A stretch of 39,882 bases of DNA from a virus. This document shows, piece after piece, positions 34,556 to 39,882 of this stretch. The DNA lies in the IMG/VR virus record IMGVR_UViG_3300035698_014481, positions 1-39,882 of that record, one strand, 5' to 3'. A program made the position numbers and the translations under genes. The notes beneath the pieces are model-generated. The model was given only the letters and a program-made list of their open reading frames with translations, was not told the origin of the DNA and did no database searches. Numbering within the stretch: position 1 is the stretch's first letter; the number at the start of each line of letters is the position of its first letter.

Positions 34556-34628
34556 TGGCAAGAGATGGATTCGAACCACCAAACCTCCAATCGATACATG
34601 GTGCTGTCCCGACTCAGCTTATCTCACC
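34556..34628 (-). tRNA. tRNA-like element with degenerate anticodon arm (anticodon undetermined, nominally AUC)
   Basis: Minus strand GGTGAGA-TAA-GCTG-AGTCGGGA-CAGC-...-GGTGG-TTCGAAT-CCATC-TCTTGCC-A. The T arm and D stem are canonical, and the acceptor has 5 WC + 2 GU pairs. Only 3 WC pairs can be drawn for the anticodon stem. Confidence 0.5.
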
Positions 34629-34640
34629 GCTTAATTCCTT

Positions 34641-34745
34641 TCATTTATGTATCACAGTTCTAGCAACTTCAATGGCTTGAATTCGCTTCTCAAGCTTTAC
34701 CATCCTTTTAAGCAGTTCTTCATATGTGATTTTAATCATCATCAT
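34641..34745 (-). CDS. Possible 34-aa helical mini-ORF
   Basis: Own translation MMMIKITYEELLKRMVKLEKRIQAIEVARTVIHK. ATGA overlap with the upstream stop. Speculative. Confidence 0.25.
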   Translation of the reverse strand: MMMIKITYEELLKRMVKLEKRIQAIEVARTVIHK

Positions 34746-35173
34746 CCCCTCTGTTCAGTTAATAGGTCAAGTAGATCCACCACTTGATCTTCAGGTAATT
34801 GAAGATCTATATTGATATTGGTGCTCTCAACCTTTAGTTTGTCACCAAAATGCATTTTATGCCATTTAGCAGTAGAATTGATAACAGTCTCAAAATTCTT
34901 AAGATCTGGGTTCTCGATTGCTATTGTACGCATCCGATCAATCATGATTGCCACATCCAACGCCGACATTGATGGATCTATCATTAAATTATATAATCTT
35001 TGCGCATCAGCGTCATTCATGTTGCCACGACGCCGTAGGGCTGCAATGCGAGCCGCTAGACGCTGCTTCGGCGTCACTACCTTACCTCCTATGCGTCCGG
35101 CTGCCGCTGCGGCCTCGCGGTCTTTAAAGTACATTGGTGGATGTCTACCATTACTCCCTAATCCGTCGCCCAT
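34742..35173 (-). CDS. Candidate terminase small subunit (positional)
   Basis: 143 aa, the closest sizeable protein-coding gene upstream of terL. Basic Ala/Arg-rich N-terminus REAAAAAGRIGGKVVTPKQRLAARIAALRRRG. No family motif confirmed. Confidence 0.4.
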   Translation of the reverse strand: MGDGLGSNGRHPPMYFKDREAAAAAGRIGGKVVTPKQRLAARIAALRRRGNMNDADAQRLYNLMIDPSMSALDVAIMIDRMRTIAIENPDLKNFETVINSTAKWHKMHFGDKLKVESTNINIDLQLPEDQVVDLLDLLTEQRG

Positions 35174-35188
35174 ATTTTCATGTTCTCA

Positions 35189-35347
35189 CTATGTAACTTT
35201 GAACTTGCCTTGTCTGTGTTGCTCTATCGCCTCTCGTACAAACTCTGAGAAGCCTATTCGTAGCTTCTTCAAATACGCCCGATCGGTTAATTTGACGGAT
35301 GCCGTGACATTTGTTGTTTTAGGTCCGCCTTCATACTTTCGTGCCAT
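35189..35347 (-). CDS. Ribbon-helix-helix (CopG/Arc-like) DNA-binding protein (52 aa), missing from the ORF track
   Basis: Own translation MARKYEGGPKTTNVTASVKLTDRAYLKKLRIGFSEFVREAIEQHRQGKFKVT, with a beta strand (VTASVKL) then two helices. First gene downstream of promoter/operator S4. Confidence 0.5.
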   Translation of the reverse strand: MARKYEGGPKTTNVTASVKLTDRAYLKKLRIGFSEFVREAIEQHRQGKFKVT

Positions 35348-35355
35348 AGTTCTAT

Positions 35356-35398
35356 CTATTAATTTAATAGTTGTACCAGTATATAAATCTTTCTATTT
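35356..35398 (-). promoter_or_regulatory. Archaeal-type BRE/TATA promoter plus palindromic operator (site S4), driving the minus-strand arm
   Basis: Minus strand AATAGAAAGATTTATATA, 9-nt spacer, CTATTAAATTAATAG (35370-35356). The ATG of the RHH gene is 9 nt past the palindrome. Confidence 0.6.
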
Positions 35399-35552
35399 CG
35401 CAACACTTGGTTTCCTATTTATAAACCTTTCTATTAATACATCATTTGTCTCATTTGTCTAGATTACCACATGTTTTAGCCCTATATACAAATATTGTTA
35501 AAATTGGTCTATAGGGCCTAACTAGTTAGAAATCTAGTCAATCCTGTCAAAT

Positions 35553-35570
35553 AATAGAAACATTTATATA
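35553..35570 (+). promoter_or_regulatory. Archaeal-type BRE/TATA promoter (site S3, no palindrome), driving the plus-strand arm
   Basis: AATAGAAACATTTATATA is identical to the 18-mer at 1634-1651. The AbrB-like gene ATG lies 50 nt downstream, behind GGTGGG. Confidence 0.55.
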
Positions 35571-35619
35571 CCTGTTTGATTATGTTTATACAAGGTTTAA
35601 TAAAATCACGGTGGGAATT

Positions 35620-35808
35620 ATGAAAATAACAAAAACATTATTGAAGTTTGGAGGGAGTTTAGGCTTGATTCTGCCTAAGCTTTTCTGGAATCACTTGGAG
35701 TTGCAAGAACAATCGAACGTTTCGATCGAAGATTGCGAAGACGAAAATGGTATACCATTTATAAAGGTGATGCTCTGTGAAGATTCCGAAACAACTTCAA
35801 AAGAATAG
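35620..35808 (+). CDS. AbrB/SpoVT (MazE-type looped-hinge-helix) DNA-binding protein
   Basis: LKFGGSLGLILPKLFWNHLELQEQSNVSIE fits the SpoVT-AbrB pattern (G-x-S-h-x-h-x-h-P-K). ATG 35620 lies behind GGTGGG; the track start is GTG 35611. Confidence 0.6.
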   Translation: MKITKTLLKFGGSLGLILPKLFWNHLELQEQSNVSIEDCEDENGIPFIKVMLCEDSETTSKE

Positions 35809-37960
35809 GTTTATACGGACAGTAGGTAAGTTCCCGATAGACAAAAATTGGTCTACTACGAACCATTTTCCTGCAGAGGAAATCAAGGGGTCTTACGGCG
35901 TAGTTTGTGGGTACAACAACCTTATAGTAGTTGATTGCGATAATGAATACTCAGATCGCGTGCTGCACACAATAGAAACATTTAAAAACACCTTCCAAGT
36001 CATTACTGCAGGGAAACAACTAACACACTTTTATTTTTATACAGATATCCCTAAAACGATGCGTGTTCAGACACCAAAGGCTAAGTTAGATGTGCAAGGT
36101 AAGGGTGCAATGGTCGTCGGTCCAGGAACTGAGATTGATGACAGTTTATATATGATTTTAAATGATTCCGAGATCCAATTTATTACACAGGAGAATCTTC
36201 TGAAGATCTTTAGTGAGTTATTTGATTATTCACCACAATCAAGCAAACCTAAGAAAAATCAGGATAAAGTAAACGAAGACTATGATGCGGTGTGTAAGAT
36301 CATCAAGCGTGAAGTTCCAATTGAAGATGTTTTAAAAGAGAATGGAATTGATACATCGAAGCATGGTCAATTGAGTGATTGTCCATTTCATAAGAGCGAA
36401 AGTCATACATGCTTTGCCAGGTATGTTGACGATGATGAAACAATATGGAAATGCTTTCATTGTGGTAAAACAGGCAATGTTATTCAGCTCTATCAACAGA
36501 TTAAGAAGATGAGTTTCACTGAGGCAAAGGAAGAGTTAGCAGATCGAGTTAGTATTTCAAAATCACTCCAAAAACAAGTAATGGAGTTTATAAGTCAGAA
36601 GAGAAAGGAAGAAGCAACAGAGTGTATAGTTGTAGAGTTTTTACGACGATATAAGACCCTTACGCTCAGAGATGACAACAAGCCTGAGATGTGGATTTAT
36701 TCGGGTGGTGTCTACGTACCAAATGGTAGATCTTACATTAAGGAGTTTGTTGAGTCTGTCTTGGGTCCATTCTATACATCACACTATTCTGGGAAGGTTA
36801 TCTCTAAGATTGAGGCGAAGACGTTTTGTGATGAGGAGGAGTTGTTCACAAACGAAAACCCTGAATTAATTCCAGTACATAATGGTGTGTTGAACGTCAT
36901 GACTGGGACGTTGTTCCCAATATCAGATCAATATCGATTTTTTAATAAGTTACCTGTACGTTATGATCGGGATAAGGAATGCCCAAATATCAAAAAATTC
37001 TTCGAGTCGCTTCTTGATGATCCAAAGGATATCAAGACTATTCAGGAAATGTTTGGGTATGTCTTATATCGAAAGTATACATTCAAGAAGGCATTCATGA
37101 TGACAGGGAACGGGAACAATGGAAAAAGTCAGGTGTTCAATCTGTTAAGTAAATTGATAGGAGTAAAGAATCAATGTGAAATCCCATTGCAAAAGTTGGA
37201 CACTGAGAAGTTCCTCTTAGTTAATCTTCATATGAAGATGGTGAACATTGGTGGAGATATTGGTCAAGCTAGATTAGAAGAGACTCAAACATTTAAGCAG
37301 ATAACAGGACGTGATGTCGTGACAGCTGACAGGAAATTTCTGTCTACGATCTCATTTAGATCATATGCTAAGCAAATCTTTGCAGCTAATCAGATCCCGC
37401 AGACTAATGACATGTCTGACGCTTTCTTTGAGCGGTGGATTATTATCGATTTTAAGAAAACATTCAAGAATCGATTAGAGTATGAACACTTATCTGATGC
37501 TGAGAAGATCATAAATGATATCCACTTAGCAGATCCGAATATCTTAGATAAGATCGTAACTGCTGATGAATTGAGTGGTCTCTTGAACTGGTCACTCCTT
37601 GGTCTTGCTAGATTGATGAAGAATAAGGAGTTCACAACTACAACAACGGTAGATTTGGTAAGGCAGATGTGGATACGTAAATCATCATCGTTTAATGCAT
37701 TCCTTGATGATTGTATTACTCGTGTATGGAATCCAGAGGAAATGTTACTCCATGAAGATCTAATGGATAGATACCATCGCTATTGTTTCGAGCATAAAGT
37801 TAAGAGTGAGATCTCAAAGCTGACTAAAGATAAGATGAATGCATTTGGTTCAGAAAAGGTGCGGCCAATGAAAGGAGGTCAGCGTGACTGGTATTGGACT
37901 AACATCGCGTGGAAAGATGACAAAACAATTGAGAATGTGGCTAAATATGCGTCAAAATAG
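35777..37960 (+). CDS. Replicase: AEP prim-pol domain + CHC2 zinc finger + D5_N/SF3 (P4-type) helicase
   Basis: Prim-pol LIVVDCDNE (DxD), LTHFYFY (His motif), DVQGKGAMVVGPGT. Zinc finger CPFHKSESHTCF...WKCFHCGKTGNVIQL. Walker A MMTGNGNNGKSQ. GTG start overlaps the AbrB gene end. Confidence 0.85.
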   Translation: MKIPKQLQKNRFIRTVGKFPIDKNWSTTNHFPAEEIKGSYGVVCGYNNLIVVDCDNEYSDRVLHTIETFKNTFQVITAGKQLTHFYFYTDIPKTMRVQTPKAKLDVQGKGAMVVGPGTEIDDSLYMILNDSEIQFITQENLLKIFSELFDYSPQSSKPKKNQDKVNEDYDAVCKIIKREVPIEDVLKENGIDTSKHGQLSDCPFHKSESHTCFARYVDDDETIWKCFHCGKTGNVIQLYQQIKKMSFTEAKEELADRVSISKSLQKQVMEFISQKRKEEATECIVVEFLRRYKTLTLRDDNKPEMWIYSGGVYVPNGRSYIKEFVESVLGPFYTSHYSGKVISKIEAKTFCDEEELFTNENPELIPVHNGVLNVMTGTLFPISDQYRFFNKLPVRYDRDKECPNIKKFFESLLDDPKDIKTIQEMFGYVLYRKYTFKKAFMMTGNGNNGKSQVFNLLSKLIGVKNQCEIPLQKLDTEKFLLVNLHMKMVNIGGDIGQARLEETQTFKQITGRDVVTADRKFLSTISFRSYAKQIFAANQIPQTNDMSDAFFERWIIIDFKKTFKNRLEYEHLSDAEKIINDIHLADPNILDKIVTADELSGLLNWSLLGLARLMKNKEFTTTTTVDLVRQMWIRKSSSFNAFLDDCITRVWNPEEMLLHEDLMDRYHRYCFEHKVKSEISKLTKDKMNAFGSEKVRPMKGGQRDWYWTNIAWKDDKTIENVAKYASK

Positions 37961-37997
37961 AAACCTTTATATATTAATTATACTATTAAGTTAATAG
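37956..37997 (+). promoter_or_regulatory. Archaeal-type BRE/TATA promoter plus palindromic operator (site S2)
   Basis: AATAGAAACCTTTATATA, 9-nt spacer, CTATTAAGTTAATAG (37983-37997). The BRE overlaps the replicase stop codon. The next gene starts at 38044, behind AGGTGA. Confidence 0.6.
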
Positions 37998-38043
37998 AAT
38001 GGTTGTTGACAATAATAAATTCAAATTTTAATCAGGTGAAAGC

Positions 38044-38397
38044 ATGACATATGCAAGTGATAAAGGACTCGAAATTGGAGACAAAATTAAGTATCTTGGC
38101 AAAGGTGATCTTGAGACTGGGTCAATACTAACATTTACATACGATGATGACACAAGTATTCCAAAGTTTACTGATTCTAAAGGTAGAACTCAATGGTTTA
38201 GTTTAAAACGTGAGTGGGAGAAAGTGTCTATCAACAAGCCAATTTGCAGTGTTCCTAACAAAATGACTGAAAAATATTTCCCATTTGTAGGAACAGAGGG
38301 GTGTAAAGATACACCTCATCCAGTGACTGGGGATTTATCTCCAGATGACATCAATATTTTTGAACTAACACTCACAACAAAGTCTAAAAAGACTTAA
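38044..38397 (+). CDS. Hypothetical protein
   Basis: Track ORF with AGGTGA RBS. Confidence 0.6.
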   Translation: MTYASDKGLEIGDKIKYLGKGDLETGSILTFTYDDDTSIPKFTDSKGRTQWFSLKREWEKVSINKPICSVPNKMTEKYFPFVGTEGCKDTPHPVTGDLSPDDINIFELTLTTKSKKT

Positions 38398-38411
38398 CGA
38401 GATGAACAAAC

Positions 38412-39050
38412 ATGACAAACGAACAAACAGCACAAGATAAAAAAGTTTTTGCAGACATCGAAGCAGCAGACAAAGGACAACCTGCTACACCAACACCAAC
38501 ACCAGCATCGTCTAACGAACCAACTGAGTATGACCCAAATGCGCTTTCCGATACACTAATCGGTGATAAGGTAAGCTATAAACGAGAATCTTTAGATGGT
38601 CAGACGCTAGGAGTTGCACAAGTTAATCTCTATCCAGGAGATGCTACTGGTACACCTGATGCGAAAGATAGCAGCGTCAAAATAAGTCAGAATGGAATAT
38701 CAACCTATGTTAAAATGGGTTTTAAGATGACATTTGATCTTAAAAACGCTGATGACGTTAACCATCAAGAATGGTTATCAGGTGCACGACAATTTGTCCA
38801 ACGTGACGGTGGATTATCTGAACCATCATTCTGGTATGCGACAGAAGATGATTCACGAAAGAGTCAAGTCGCTAAGCTTTGGGAAAAAGTGGCTGCTGCG
38901 AAGAAAAAAGAGCCTAAAGATCTCTCTAATCGAGAATTTTTAGCATTTCTGAACAACAAACCAAAAGCGAAAATTATCTTCGAGAAACAACAAGCCTTCC
39001 CTGGTGAAAAACCAGTAAGTAAGAATATTGTTGAGAAATTCGAAGCTTAA
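38412..39050 (+). CDS. Hypothetical protein with N-terminal Pro/Thr linker (possible DNA-binding/recombination accessory by position)
   Basis: Track ORF with PATPTPTPASS low-complexity segment. No motif confirmed. Confidence 0.55.
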   Translation: MTNEQTAQDKKVFADIEAADKGQPATPTPTPASSNEPTEYDPNALSDTLIGDKVSYKRESLDGQTLGVAQVNLYPGDATGTPDAKDSSVKISQNGISTYVKMGFKMTFDLKNADDVNHQEWLSGARQFVQRDGGLSEPSFWYATEDDSRKSQVAKLWEKVAAAKKKEPKDLSNREFLAFLNNKPKAKIIFEKQQAFPGEKPVSKNIVEKFEA

Positions 39051-39141
39051 AGTCCTTAATTACTCTGGGGACACCTCAATGCGGTCTAGGCAGTTTATCT
39101 TTTTCTGCTTAGATCTTTTATATTCCTATTTGGTGATAACA

Positions 39142-39288
39142 ATGGAACAACAAACACAGATTAGACTAATCGATGAGATACATCGAATTGCAGGAATCAA
39201 CACACCGGCTCAAAGTGATTTCGAAAAAAGTTGGATTGAAGGTATGAAGGAATTAGTTCGCCAAATTGAACTAGGATTGTTCGGATGA
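39142..39288 (+). CDS. Hypothetical protein (48 aa from ATG 39142)
   Basis: GGTGA lies 5 nt before ATG 39142 (MEQQTQIRLIDE...). Its stop overlaps the nuclease-helicase ATG (ATGA). Confidence 0.45.
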   Translation: MEQQTQIRLIDEIHRIAGINTPAQSDFEKSWIEGMKELVRQIELGLFG

Positions 39289-39882
39289 TCCGACTCTCAT
39301 ATTCCCAAATCAAGCTCTTCAAGAGCTGTCCTATGAAGTACTTTCACAAGTACATACTCATGCTTCCCGAAGCACCTAATAAGCATTTACACTATGGATC
39401 GGCTGTACATGAAGCTATTGAAAAATTTATGAAAACAGATCGATTTTATTTTTCCGAGATAGAGAATAAATACCCACTTGCTATACAGAAAAAATTACTT
39501 ATAGATATTATTGAGATTTCATCTGATTCTGTAGAATGGTTCCTCAACAAATTCGGACAACCTTTACGTATTGAGCAGAAATTTTTTCAACATATACTTG
39601 ATGATATTTGGTTTATTGGCTATGCTGATGTAATTACAGGTGATGACATCATTCTGGATTGGAAGACAGGTAAGTTCACCCCATCAAAGGCAGATGATTA
39701 TAAAGAACAGACTAAATACTACGCCTATTTGTTTTATAGACAATATGGATATCTCCCAAAGGCTTGTGCATTGTTCTTTGTGGATGAGCAGAAGTATATT
39801 GAATACACATTCACCAAATTTGAAGTCATGCAGGTTGAGAAAGAAATCATTGAGTATGGTGACATTATAAAAAATATAACAC
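39285..39882 (+). CDS. Cas4-like PD-(D/E)XK nuclease / SF2 helicase fusion, 5' portion (open to the window end, continues at base 128 after collapsing the overlap)
   Basis: Own translation MIRLSYSQIKLFKSCPMKYFHKY...HYGSAVHEAIE...IGYADVITGDDIILDWKTGK...QTKYYAYLF... has no stop through base 39882. Shows an N-terminal Cys, D...DxK and QxxxY blocks typical of Cas4/RecB-type nucleases. Confidence 0.8.
   Translation, partial: MIRLSYSQIKLFKSCPMKYFHKYILMLPEAPNKHLHYGSAVHEAIEKFMKTDRFYFSEIENKYPLAIQKKLLIDIIEISSDSVEWFLNKFGQPLRIEQKFFQHILDDIWFIGYADVITGDDIILDWKTGKFTPSKADDYKEQTKYYAYLFYRQYGYLPKACALFFVDEQKYIEYTFTKFEVMQVEKEIIEYGDIIKNIT
39756..39882. repeat. Terminal direct repeat copy B, identical to 1-127
   Basis: Read directly, 127 of 127 identical. 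Confidence 0.95.

Noticed and set aside
34556-34628. tRNA-like element as an attP site of a temperate virus
   Set aside because: I could recognise no integrase, excisionase or recombinase ORF in any frame, so an integration function is unsupported. It is kept only as a minor alternative.
34432-34680. 82-aa plus-strand ORF with TTG start
   Set aside because: It overlies half of the 32-bp palindrome and the whole tRNA-like element. The open frame is best explained by chance in a non-coding gap.
34812-35462. 216-aa plus-strand ORF covering the terS candidate, the RHH gene and promoter S4
   Set aside because: It runs antisense through two better-supported genes and across a promoter/operator. 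Its Arg/Ala runs (RRRRAAMRAARR) simply reflect the GC-rich patch read on the wrong strand.
38006-38011. Perfect bacterial -35 hexamer TTGACA upstream of the 38044 gene, suggesting sigma70-type promoters instead of archaeal ones
   Set aside because: No convincing -10 hexamer lies 16-18 nt downstream (TAATCA at best). The other three promoter sites have no comparable -35/-10 pair, while all four share the BRE/TATA-like 18-mer. A bacterial host is not formally excluded.

Overview
The window is a complete, AT-rich dsDNA tailed-virus genome (Caudoviricetes, HK97-type morphogenesis genes), apparently assembled as a circle. Bases 1-127 recur exactly at 39756-39882, leaving 39,755 unique bp. One gene, a Cas4-like nuclease fused to an SF2 helicase, runs in phase through that junction. 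Two arms diverge from a control region at 35348-35619 and converge at 7753-7805. The plus arm (35620 -> end/1 -> 7752) carries an AbrB-like regulator, a prim-pol / CHC2 zinc-finger / SF3-helicase replicase and the nuclease-helicase. It also has many tiny Cys-rich ORFs, a SAM methyltransferase, a YopX-fused family B DNA polymerase, a resolvase-like PD-(D/E)XK nuclease and an ATP-dependent DNA ligase. The minus arm (35347 -> 7806) starts with an RHH protein missing from the ORF track, a candidate small terminase, a tRNA-like element and the large terminase. A small accessory island follows (Zn-ribbon, Sm-like and CxxCxxCC proteins), then portal, MuF-like protein, prohead protease-scaffold fusion, major capsid protein, connectors and tail tube/tape measure. 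The arm ends with a long baseplate/fibre block (LamG/DUF2341 lectin-like domains, a highly repetitive 849-aa fibre) and a lysis cassette built around a papain-like (C1) cysteine peptidase. An 18-nt element AATAGAAASMTTTATATA, shaped like an archaeal BRE/TATA promoter, occurs four times. Three copies are followed at a fixed 9-nt spacing by the palindrome CTATTAA-N-TTAATAG. This suggests an archaeal host and a simple operator-controlled regulon, but host assignment is inference only. I saw no integrase, CRISPR array, rRNA or reverse transcriptase. All domain calls come from motifs read by eye in the translations and need profile searches to confirm.
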